DNA of 64,000 nucleotides from a plasmid: sequence record NZ_LR134454.1; one strand, 5' to 3'. Shown piece by piece: positions 55,959 to 64,000 of this stretch (position 1 is its first letter; each line of letters starts with the position of its first letter). The notes under the pieces were generated by a model. It saw only the letters and a program-made list of their open reading frames with translations, ran no database searches and was not told where the DNA came from. The position numbers and the translations under genes were made by a program.

Positions 55959-57983
55959 TCACCATATCGAGACGCGGCGGTCGCGGTCCAAAAACAGGCG
56001 ATCCCCGGCATCGACGCCGAACGCGGTGTAGAACTCGTCGAGGTTCGAGACGATGGCATTGCAACGGAATTCGGCGGGCGAGTGCGGGTCGATCGCGAGC
56101 CGCCGGATCGCCTCCTCGGGCCGCGACTTGCCGCGCCACACCACGCCCCAGCTGAAGAACAGCCGCTGCAGGCCGGTCAGGTCGTCGATCCGCGTGGCAT
56201 CGTCGTCGACGGTGCCGCCGGCGCGCTCCCGCGCGATCGCGTACGCGACCAGCGCGATGCCGAGGCCCCCGAGGTCGCCGATGTTCTCGCCCACGGTGAA
56301 GCCGCCGTTGACGTGGTGCTCGGAACCGCCCGGCTCGCCCGCCAGCTCCCGCGGCACGAGCGCGTCGTACTGCTCGATGAGCGCCGTGGTGCGCTTGCCG
56401 AACTCCTCGCGGTCGGCGTCGGTCCACCAGTCCTCGAGGTTGCCGTCACCGTCGTACTTCGCGCCCTGATCGTCGAAGCCGTGGCCGATCTCGTGCCCGA
56501 TCACGGCACCGATGCCGCCGTAGTTCACGGCGTCGTCGGCGGTGGGGGAGAAGAACGGCGGCTGCAGGATCGCGGCCGGGAAGACGATCTCGTTCATGCC
56601 GGGGTTGTAGTACGCGTTGACGGTCTGCGGCGTCATGAACCACTCGTCGCGGTCCACGGGAGCGCCGATCTTCGCGAACTCGCGGTCGTGCTCGAAGGCC
56701 TCGCCGCGGCGCAGGTTGCCCACCAGGTCGTCGCGGCGGACCTCCAGCGCCGAGTAGTCGCGGGAGACGTCCGGGTAACCGATCTTCGGGGTGAACTTGC
56801 CCAGCTTCTCCAGCGCGCGCTCGCGCGTGGCCGGCGTCATCCACGGCAGGTCCGTGATCCGGCGGCGGTAGGCCTCCACCAGGTCGGCGACGAGGGCCTG
56901 CATGCGCTCCTTGGAGTCCGCGGGGAAGTGCCGCGCGGTGTACAGCTCGCCCACGGCGAAGCCCAGGTACTGCTCGACCAGCGTGACGCCGCGCTTCCAC
57001 CGGTCCCGGATCTCCGGCGTGCCGGTCAGCACCGTGCCGTAGAACGCGAAGTGCTCGTCGACGAGGGCGTCGGTGAGGAAGGGGCTGCGCGCGTGCAGGA
57101 CCCGCCATGCGAGCCACGTGCGCCACTGCGCCAGCGGCCGGTCGACCAGGAGGTTCGCGGCGTGCGTCGCGAAGGACGGCTGGCGCACGTTCACCTCGGC
57201 GAACGCCGTGCTCTCCTCCGCGCCGGTGACGGCCGCGACCCAGGCGGCGGGCGCGACGCCCGGTGCCTCGGCCGAGAGCTCCGCGAAGGTGCGCAGGTTG
57301 TAGCCCTTGTCGGCGTCGCGGCGGGCGACGACGTCCCAGTGCCCGGCGGCGATCGCGGTCTCCAATTCGAGGACCTGCGCGGCGGCGGCGTCCTCCTCTC
57401 CCGGGGCGACGAGGCCCTCCAGCACCTCGGCGGCCAGCCGGAACGTGGCTGCGACGTGCGCCGTGAACTTCTCCCGCACCGGCGCGTACTGGTCCTCGCG
57501 GTAGTAGGCCTCGTCGGGGAGCGAGATGCCGCTCTGCACGACGTTCACCAGGTAGCGGTCGGAGCGCTTGGCGTCGGTGTCCACGTAGTAGCCGAGCAGC
57601 CCGCTGACGCCGCTGCGCTGCAGGCGCCCGAGGACGGTCACCAGGTCCGACGGGGTCTGCGCCCACCGGACCTCCGTCAGCTCGTCGGCCAGGGGCGCGA
57701 GCCCGGCCGCGGCGATGCCGTCGGTGTCCATGAAGCTCGCGTACAGCGCGCCGATCCGCGCCGTGTCGCCGGTCGCGTCGGCGTCGGCGGCGCACTCCTC
57801 GACGATCGTGCGCACCGTCTCCTCCGCCGCGTCGCGGAGCGCGTAGAAGGCGCCGTCGGTGGAACGGTCGGCGGGGATCTCGTGCGTGTCCAGCCAGGCG
57901 CCGTTGACGTGCCCGAACAGGTCGTCCTGCACGCGGATGCCGGCGTCGACGTGGCTGAGGTCCAGAGCGGGAGAAGTCGTCAC
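55959..57983 (-). CDS. M13 family zinc metalloendopeptidase (neprilysin/Zmp1-like)
   Basis: HExxH (VIGHEIGHGFDDQG). N-terminus …DLSHVDAGIRVQDDLFGHVNGAWL… is Zmp1-like. GTG start at 57983. Confidence 0.85.
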   Translation of the reverse strand: MTTSPALDLSHVDAGIRVQDDLFGHVNGAWLDTHEIPADRSTDGAFYALRDAAEETVRTIVEECAADADATGDTARIGALYASFMDTDGIAAAGLAPLADELTEVRWAQTPSDLVTVLGRLQRSGVSGLLGYYVDTDAKRSDRYLVNVVQSGISLPDEAYYREDQYAPVREKFTAHVAATFRLAAEVLEGLVAPGEEDAAAAQVLELETAIAAGHWDVVARRDADKGYNLRTFAELSAEAPGVAPAAWVAAVTGAEESTAFAEVNVRQPSFATHAANLLVDRPLAQWRTWLAWRVLHARSPFLTDALVDEHFAFYGTVLTGTPEIRDRWKRGVTLVEQYLGFAVGELYTARHFPADSKERMQALVADLVEAYRRRITDLPWMTPATRERALEKLGKFTPKIGYPDVSRDYSALEVRRDDLVGNLRRGEAFEHDREFAKIGAPVDRDEWFMTPQTVNAYYNPGMNEIVFPAAILQPPFFSPTADDAVNYGGIGAVIGHEIGHGFDDQGAKYDGDGNLEDWWTDADREEFGKRTTALIEQYDALVPRELAGEPGGSEHHVNGGFTVGENIGDLGGLGIALVAYAIARERAGGTVDDDATRIDDLTGLQRLFFSWGVVWRGKSRPEEAIRRLAIDPHSPAEFRCNAIVSNLDEFYTAFGVDAGDRLFLDRDRRVSIW

Positions 57984-58141
57984 CCGTCCATCCTGCCAGC
58001 CGATGCCGACGATCTCACATAGTGGGAGAACTGACTCGTCAGTATTCCCTATGGCGTAGCACACGGTTAGCGTGCGGTGTGTCCCATACCGCTATCCGGG
58101 TTACTCTGACGGGACGCTGAGAAGTTAAAGGGGATTCTTCG

Positions 58142-60211
58142 ATGACGCTGACCCGCCCGCGACTGCGGCTGGCGCTGGCCGCGCTGCTCACGGCGCTCGT
58201 GCTGATCGGAACGTCGATCACCGTGCCCGGACTCGTCGGACGATCGAACGCCGAACCGTGGAAGCCGGGGCCGGGCGTCGCGGGCATGATCAACCCCGAG
58301 TGGATCGCCTCGCACGACGGCCCGACGCAGTACCCGAAGATGGCCACGGAGTGGGACGTGCCGATCCGCATGTCGGACGGCACCGTGCTGCGGGCCAACA
58401 TCTTCCGGCCGGCGGACGCCTCCGGCCGGGCGATCACCACGAAGACCCCGACGATCGTCAACGTCACGCCCTACACGAAGTTCGTCAGCACCATCGCCAC
58501 CGTGATGACCAACGTGCCCGTGCTGTTCCCGGCGCTGGTCGGCGTCCTCAACATGTTCAACTTCTCCGGCACCCCGATCGGCGGCGTCGACGACCTGCGC
58601 AACGTGCTCAACGGCGGTCTGATCAACACCTTCACCGTCGACCAGAAGCTGGTGCAGAACGGGTACACGCAGGTCGTGGTCGACGTGCGGGGTACCGGCA
58701 ACTCGCAGGGCGTGTGGGACGTCTTCGGTCAGCGCGAGCAGAAGGACACCGTCGAGGTGCTCGATTGGGTCCGCAAGCAGAACTGGACCAACGGCCGCCT
58801 CGGGATGTCCGGGGTCTCCTACTCGGCGATCAACCAGCTCCAGGTCGCGTCGAAGAACCCCGAAGGTCTGCAGGCGCTGTTCCCGGTCGTGCCGGGCGCC
58901 GACATCGCGGCCGACATCGTCGCCCCGGGCGGCGGCCTCGGGGTCGGCTTCATCGGCCCGTGGCTCGCCATCGTCAACGTCCTCAAGTTCATCCCGGACC
59001 TGCGCTCGCTGCTCAACGGCACCTTCGACTGGAAGTGGCTGCAGGATCGACTGCAGAACCCGGCGGTCTTCTTCCCCGAGCTGCTCTCAGGGGTCTTCTC
59101 GCCCACGGTCGAAGGGCTCACCCCCACCACCAAGCAACTCATCGACAAGAATTCGCCGTTGCGCGCCGCGTACCGCACGCCGCTGGACAAGATCACTGCG
59201 CCGACGTTCGCGCTCGGCGCCTGGAACGACCTGTTCACCAACACCGAATGGCGTCTCCCGAAGGACCTGAGCTCCCTGCCCACCAGCAAGAAGAAGCTCA
59301 TCATGGGCGATGCCGCGCACGCCACCGTCACCAGCGACATGGGCGGCGTGAACCAGCCGACGCGCGCCGACGTGCTGCAGAAGGCCTGGTTCGACAAGTG
59401 GCTCAAGGACGCCGACAACGGCATCGACAACTACTCTCCGGTCACCGTGCACCGGATGGGCGGCGGCTGGTGGCAGGGCGACACCTTCCCCGAGCCGGGG
59501 CAGAAGTACCAGCGCATGTACCTCTCCAGTCTGCCGTCCGGAACGGCGCCGACCGCGCTCTCGGACAACAGCCTCCAGACCGCCCCGCCGAAGATCGCGG
59601 CCCGCCGCACCGTCGGTCCCGGACTGTCGACGCTGTGCTCCAACGACACAGGGCAGGCGATGTTCGGGCTGCTCGTCTTCACCGGCTGCACCAAGGACAC
59701 ACGGGTCGCGGAGATGAACGCCCTCACCTTCACCTCGAAACCGGTCGGGAAGTCCACGGTGATCTCCGGCCCGATCAACCTGCGGCTCAACACCACCCAG
59801 GACGCGCGAGACGCCTACTGGAGCGTGATCGTCACCGACGTCGGCCCCGACGGCCGGTCCGAGAAGATCAGTGCGGGCCAGCTCACCACGTCGTTGCGGC
59901 AGATCGACGAGTCGCGCAGCATCCGGACGGCGAGCGGCGACTACGCCGCCCCGTACTACCAGCTCAACCTCGACGACCGGGAGCTGGTCAAGCCCGGCCA
60001 GGTGGTGCAGCTCGACATCGCCACCCACGCCGTGAGCGCCGTGCTCAAGCCCGGGCACCGGCTGCGGGTCGACGTCTTCGCACTGAACCTCATCAAGGCG
60101 ATGACCGTCGGGCCCGTGACCGCGGAGACGCAGCTCCGGCCGCAGCACGTGGTGATCGACCCGCAGCAGCCGAGCTACCTGGTCGTGCCCTCGGACCGCC
60201 CGCTGCCGTAG
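58142..60211 (+). CDS. CocE/NonD family hydrolase (X-Pro dipeptidyl-peptidase S15-like), secreted
   Basis: Signal peptide, then …DVPIRMSDGTVLRANIFRP… and …VVVDVRGTGNSQG…. Confidence 0.85.
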   Translation: MTLTRPRLRLALAALLTALVLIGTSITVPGLVGRSNAEPWKPGPGVAGMINPEWIASHDGPTQYPKMATEWDVPIRMSDGTVLRANIFRPADASGRAITTKTPTIVNVTPYTKFVSTIATVMTNVPVLFPALVGVLNMFNFSGTPIGGVDDLRNVLNGGLINTFTVDQKLVQNGYTQVVVDVRGTGNSQGVWDVFGQREQKDTVEVLDWVRKQNWTNGRLGMSGVSYSAINQLQVASKNPEGLQALFPVVPGADIAADIVAPGGGLGVGFIGPWLAIVNVLKFIPDLRSLLNGTFDWKWLQDRLQNPAVFFPELLSGVFSPTVEGLTPTTKQLIDKNSPLRAAYRTPLDKITAPTFALGAWNDLFTNTEWRLPKDLSSLPTSKKKLIMGDAAHATVTSDMGGVNQPTRADVLQKAWFDKWLKDADNGIDNYSPVTVHRMGGGWWQGDTFPEPGQKYQRMYLSSLPSGTAPTALSDNSLQTAPPKIAARRTVGPGLSTLCSNDTGQAMFGLLVFTGCTKDTRVAEMNALTFTSKPVGKSTVISGPINLRLNTTQDARDAYWSVIVTDVGPDGRSEKISAGQLTTSLRQIDESRSIRTASGDYAAPYYQLNLDDRELVKPGQVVQLDIATHAVSAVLKPGHRLRVDVFALNLIKAMTVGPVTAETQLRPQHVVIDPQQPSYLVVPSDRPLP

Positions 60212-60239
60212 CGCCGGCCAGCCGGCCCGGCGGGGCCGG

Positions 60240-60974
60240 TCAGCCGCCCAGGCGGGTGCGCATGCGCCAGAACAGGAACTCGGCACCGGCGGGGCCGGCG
60301 GTCACGCGCCGTCCGTCCCCGACGGTGCGCAGTGAGTCGCCGTCGGCGAGGTCGACGGGCCCCGTCGAGGACTCGGCGAGCACGGCACCGTCGGCCAGGT
60401 AGAGGTGCCCGAAGGGCGCGTCCGGCAGGTCGACGGCGTCGCCGGGCGCGAGCCGCGCCGCGAACAGGGTGGCGCCGCGACTGCCGATCCGGATCGCGGC
60501 GTCCTGGGCCGGGTCGCCGGACGCGACGGGGACCAGCCCGCCCGCGGTGAGGTCGGCGTCGACCTCGTGCTGCTCGTACGACGGTGCGCCGCCCGGCTCG
60601 TCCGGGAGGACCCACATCTGGACGAACCGGACGTCGGCGCCCGCGGGGTCGGGGCGGTCGTTGCGCTCGGAGTGCAGCACGCCCGTGCCCGCGCTCATCC
60701 GCTGCGCGAGGCCCGGATGGACCAGCCCGGCGTGTCCCTCGCTGTCCTGATGGACGAGGGAACCGGACAGGACCCAGGTGACGATCTCGACCGCGCGGTG
60801 CGGATGCGTGTCGAAGCCCGTACCCGCCGCGACCTGCTCGGCGTTGCAGGCGAGCAGGACGCCGTGGTGCGTATTGTCCGGATCGTAGTGGTCGCCGAAG
60901 GAGAAGCAATGGCGCGACCGCACGCCCGGCATCGTCGACGCTGCGCGGTCGGATGAGCGAACCAACCGATCCAT
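60240..60974 (-). CDS. Pirin family protein
   Basis: …RSRHCFSFGDHYDPDNTHHGVLLACN…HPHRAVEIVTWVLSG… (cupin His residues). Confidence 0.85.
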   Translation of the reverse strand: MDRLVRSSDRAASTMPGVRSRHCFSFGDHYDPDNTHHGVLLACNAEQVAAGTGFDTHPHRAVEIVTWVLSGSLVHQDSEGHAGLVHPGLAQRMSAGTGVLHSERNDRPDPAGADVRFVQMWVLPDEPGGAPSYEQHEVDADLTAGGLVPVASGDPAQDAAIRIGSRGATLFAARLAPGDAVDLPDAPFGHLYLADGAVLAESSTGPVDLADGDSLRTVGDGRRVTAGPAGAEFLFWRMRTRLGG

Positions 60975-61053
60975 ATCCCCAGGATGCCATGTGAGGACCG
61001 GTAAACTCCGCGGCCAGGGATGCCGAACACACCATGAGCAGCGAGGAGACCAC

Positions 61054-62685
61054 GTGAGACGCAGCGGCCGGACACGGTACGGCGTCGCGGCGGTGGCCTC
61101 CGCGCTCCTGCTGGCGCTGGGCTCCGGGTTGGCCGCGTGCGGCGACAGCGCCGTCGAAGAAGTGCAGAAGATGCTCGACGGCTACGGCTCCGCGCTCGGC
61201 GAGGGGAAGGCCGTCGCGGCGGCCGCCTTCACCTCCTCGCCCGACGCGGCCGGCGGCGTCATCGGCCGCACGCTGCGTGACATGAACGCGAAGTCCGTGG
61301 AGGTCAAGGCCTCCAACGTGCAGCGCTACTCGGGCGGCAACGCGACGTTCGACGTGAAGACGCACTGGAACTTCGGCGACGGCCGCGACTGGGACTACAC
61401 CACCAAGGGCAGCGCCTCGCAGCTGTCGATCGGCTGGCGCATCTCGTGGGATCCCGCGGTGCTCGCGCCCGGCCTCACCCCCGATACGTCGATCCGGCAG
61501 ATCCGCACCGACGCGAAGCCGCCGAAGGTCTTCGCCGCCGACAAGTCGGAGCTGATGTTCGCCGGGACCGTGCACCGGCTCACGGTCGACCCGAACAAGA
61601 CCAAGAACCTCACCGACAGCCTGACCCGGGTCGCGAAGATCGTCTCCCCGGTCGCGCCGCTCGTCACGCCCGATTCCCTCGCCGCGAAGGCGAAGGCGGA
61701 CCCCGGCAAGCCGGTCCCCGTCGTGGACCTGCGCGACGACGACTACGGCGTGCTGGGCGACGCCCTCACCGCCGTCCCCGGCCTGCAGGACACCCCCGCC
61801 GGCGACCTGCTCATCGCGAACCGGCAGCTCTTCTCCCCGCTCTTCGAGGGCATCAAGGGCGCCTGGCAGGCGAACCGCGACGAGACCGCCGGCTGGGAGG
61901 TGCAGCTGCTCACGAACGGGAAGCCGCCCACCAAGATCGTCGGCTTCCAGGGCCCGCCCGGGCCCGACCTGCGGACGTCGATGGACCCCAAGGTGCAGCT
62001 CGACGTCGAGAACGCCGTGGTCCAGCTCGGGCAGCCCGCCGCGATGGTGGTGCTCTCCGTCTCGACCGGCGCCGTGCTCGCGGCGGCGCAGAACACGCAG
62101 GCCAGCGGCATCGCGACCGACTGGGCGCTGAACGGCCTCTCCACCACCGGGCCGGTGCTGGAGCCCCTGTACAGCGAGGTCAACGCGGCCGCGGGGAACG
62201 ACGCCGGGAAGCAGTCGAAGCTGCTCGCCCCGCTGGGGATGGGCACCGACTTCGCGATGACCGGCGTGAAGACCACGACCGCGCAACTGCCCGGTACCGG
62301 CGGGCGCGGCGCCTCCGAGCTCGGCGCCGACTCCGTCAAGGCCAGCCCCTTCGGCATGGCCGTCTTCGCCTCCGCGATCGCCAAGGGCAAGACCACCGCG
62401 CCCTACGTCGTGCAGGGGCAGACGGCGAAGCCCAGCGCGCCTCTCGGCGACGTCGACGACAAGATCCTCAAGGCCGTGCGCGCGAAGATGGACTCGACGG
62501 TCTCCCCGTCGGGCGACGGCAGCGACCTCGTCTCGACCAAGGCCAAGGGGCTCGTGGGCACGAACGGCCCGGAGGGGCCGGGCTGGTTCATCGGTTACCG
62601 GGGCGACCAGGCCTTCGCGATCATGGTCTCGGGCGAGCGCTCCGGCGCCGGGTCGCTGCAGGTCGCGGGCGCGTACCTGAAGTAG
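61054..62685 (+). CDS. Lipoprotein with a PBP-lipo-like architecture: NTF2/MecA_N-like N-terminal domain plus a transpeptidase-like fold; the canonical SxxK is not evident
   Basis: Lipobox LAACG. C-terminal …GWFIGYRGDQAFAIMVSG… is PBP-like. The STFK position reads STGA. GTG start with a GAGGAG RBS. Confidence 0.5.
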   Translation: MRRSGRTRYGVAAVASALLLALGSGLAACGDSAVEEVQKMLDGYGSALGEGKAVAAAAFTSSPDAAGGVIGRTLRDMNAKSVEVKASNVQRYSGGNATFDVKTHWNFGDGRDWDYTTKGSASQLSIGWRISWDPAVLAPGLTPDTSIRQIRTDAKPPKVFAADKSELMFAGTVHRLTVDPNKTKNLTDSLTRVAKIVSPVAPLVTPDSLAAKAKADPGKPVPVVDLRDDDYGVLGDALTAVPGLQDTPAGDLLIANRQLFSPLFEGIKGAWQANRDETAGWEVQLLTNGKPPTKIVGFQGPPGPDLRTSMDPKVQLDVENAVVQLGQPAAMVVLSVSTGAVLAAAQNTQASGIATDWALNGLSTTGPVLEPLYSEVNAAAGNDAGKQSKLLAPLGMGTDFAMTGVKTTTAQLPGTGGRGASELGADSVKASPFGMAVFASAIAKGKTTAPYVVQGQTAKPSAPLGDVDDKILKAVRAKMDSTVSPSGDGSDLVSTKAKGLVGTNGPEGPGWFIGYRGDQAFAIMVSGERSGAGSLQVAGAYLK

Positions 62686-62706
62686 ACCGGCGCTGCCCCG
62701 CCGGGC

Positions 62707-63135
62707 TCAGGAGCCGGTCGCGGCGCTCTCCGTCGCTTTCGCCCGACGCGACAGGACCGCGGCCGCGACGGCGCGCCATCCCAGCAGGAACAGGCCCAGG
62801 GCGATCGTCGCGACGATGACGAAGCTGACCTCGACGCCCTTCGACGTGAGCAGCCCGCGGGCCGTCATGCCGAAGGCCACCGTCGACACCCAGATGATGA
62901 CGCCGGCGGGGAAGACGCGCCCCGGCGCGAAGGTCGCGGCGCGACCCGGCTCGTGGCCGCGCAGCGCGGCCAGAACGTACGTGAACGCCCAGCCGACGGC
63001 CAGCGCGAGCAGGAACGGCCAGGCGGTCTCGGCGAAGCCGGCCGGCGAGAAGGCCTCGTCGTGGTTGAACCGGCCGATCACCACGAACAGCAGGACGAAG
63101 ACCACGTCGAGGGCGGCGATGACCGGTATACGCAT
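62707..63135 (-). CDS. DUF3054 family membrane protein
   Basis: Four TM helices (MRIPVIAALDVVFVLLFVVIGRFNHDEAF…). Confidence 0.6.
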   Translation of the reverse strand: MRIPVIAALDVVFVLLFVVIGRFNHDEAFSPAGFAETAWPFLLALAVGWAFTYVLAALRGHEPGRAATFAPGRVFPAGVIIWVSTVAFGMTARGLLTSKGVEVSFVIVATIALGLFLLGWRAVAAAVLSRRAKATESAATGS

Positions 63136-63344
63136 ACGGCAACGGTAAATGATCTGCGGCTCCTGCCGGGAATCGGATCGCAGGGCGGTGACGGCACGCG
63201 GCCGGGGCGCGGTCCTCCCAACCGCGACCCCGACCGGGCCTGACCCCCTCGCCCCCCTCCACTCCGGGGCGCCGTGAGCGTTGCGGGTCTCTCGCTCACA
63301 AGGGAGACGATGCCCGCACGCCCTTGAGAGCCGGTTGGGGCGCG

Positions 63345-64000
63345 CTAAATCCGCTGGTCGGGGCCCGTATCGCTGGTCGACGGTCCGCTCTCGCCCGGCG
63401 GACCGTCGGGCCGGGGCGGGGGCTCCGGCGCGGAGGGGTCGGCGTCGGTGGAGTCCGCGGCCGCCTTGGCGGCCTTCTCGGACGGTCGCTCGCCGTTCTT
63501 GTCGGGGGCGTCGGGGTCGATGTCCATGGTGCTGCGGTACGAGACGAAGAAGACGACCCAGCCGATGACGACCACGAGGACGTAACTGACCAGGCGGTAC
63601 AGGATGGTCGCGGTGAAGGCCTGGCTCGCGGGCATGCCGGCGAGCACGAGGGCGGGCACGAGCGCCGCCTCGACGAGGCCGAGGCCGCCCGGGATCGGGC
63701 TGATGGAGTTGACCACCTTGGACGCCGCGTAGGCGCCGGCGAGGGCGGCCAGCCCGGGGGCGTCGCCGACGGCGTAGCAGGCGAACGCGAGGCAGGCCAC
63801 GTCGGCGATCCAGTTGAACATCGACCAGCCGAAGGCCTCCGCGCCGTAGCGGCGGCTCATCTTCACGGCCTGGAGCTGCTCGATCACCTCGCGCAGCCGG
63901 GCCAAGCCGGTGTCCTCCGGCTTGTTGCGCAGGTCGTTGATCCAGCGGATGAGGCGCGCGCCCACGACGTAGAGGCCGTCGGGATGCGAGGCCACGTACT
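63345..64000 (-). CDS. Lysylphosphatidylglycerol-synthase-TM-region-like (UPF0104) membrane protein; C-terminal part only, gene continues beyond the window
   Basis: TM-rich …GLGLVEAALVPALVLAGMPASQAFTATILYRLVSYVL…, with an acidic/Pro-rich cytoplasmic tail. Confidence 0.55.
   Translation of the reverse strand, partial: YVASHPDGLYVVGARLIRWINDLRNKPEDTGLARLREVIEQLQAVKMSRRYGAEAFGWSMFNWIADVACLAFACYAVGDAPGLAALAGAYAASKVVNSISPIPGGLGLVEAALVPALVLAGMPASQAFTATILYRLVSYVLVVVIGWVVFFVSYRSTMDIDPDAPDKNGERPSEKAAKAAADSTDADPSAPEPPPRPDGPPGESGPSTSDTGPDQRI

Noticed and set aside
1-64000. Search for IS elements, integrases, phage genes, tRNA/rRNA genes or other mobile-element boundaries around the ESX locus.
   Set aside because: No transposase-, integrase- or phage-like translations are seen in any frame. 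No tRNA-like cloverleaf candidates or long terminal inverted repeats were spotted by eye. The locus looks like an ancestral chromosomal region flanked by housekeeping genes (NHEJ, sdaA, fadAB).

Overview
This is a high-GC (about 70%) actinobacterial chromosome segment, Mycobacteriales-like. It is densely coding and I found no rRNA, tRNA, CRISPR array, transposase or integrase. Genes are called from the six-frame ORF track and from motif-level reading of the translations; no database search was run.

The left third (1-23 kb) carries an NHEJ pair, ligD (Pol-PE-Lig order) divergent from ku. It also carries MarR, TetR, LysR, ROK and a ClgR-like XRE regulator, and EamA and two MFS transporters. Further genes there are a class III adenylate cyclase, sdaA, a NUDIX hydrolase start-overlapping an AlkZ/YcaQ-type DNA glycosylase, a Fic protein and an ARE-like ABC-F ATPase.

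The centre (about 23.3-45.8 kb) is a complete type VII (ESX) secretion locus. Its order is a large acidic Esp protein, eccA, eccB, a single fused eccC, PE, PPE, an esxB-like/esxA-like pair, espG, an EspI-like protein, eccD, mycP and eccE. A Ser/Thr kinase with a siderophore-type periplasmic-binding ectodomain follows directly.

The most unusual observation is that the mycosin (MycP) homologue has all three catalytic-triad residues substituted, so it is a predicted natural pseudo-protease. Other oddities in the locus are:
- five repeats of a GF[ML]x[FL]G[RP]xP motif inside a very acidic linker of the first Esp protein;
- an EspI-like protein with a degenerate P-loop;
- EccE with a roughly 200-aa PQ-rich tail;
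- an EsxB-like protein lacking the WXG tryptophan.

The right third encodes nitroreductase, a tandem TetR, fadA-fadB, HdeD, GAF-ANTAR, an M13 peptidase, a CocE/NonD hydrolase, pirin, a PBP-like lipoprotein and an LPG-synthase-like membrane protein. A perfect 18-bp bidirectional terminator hairpin sits after fadB.
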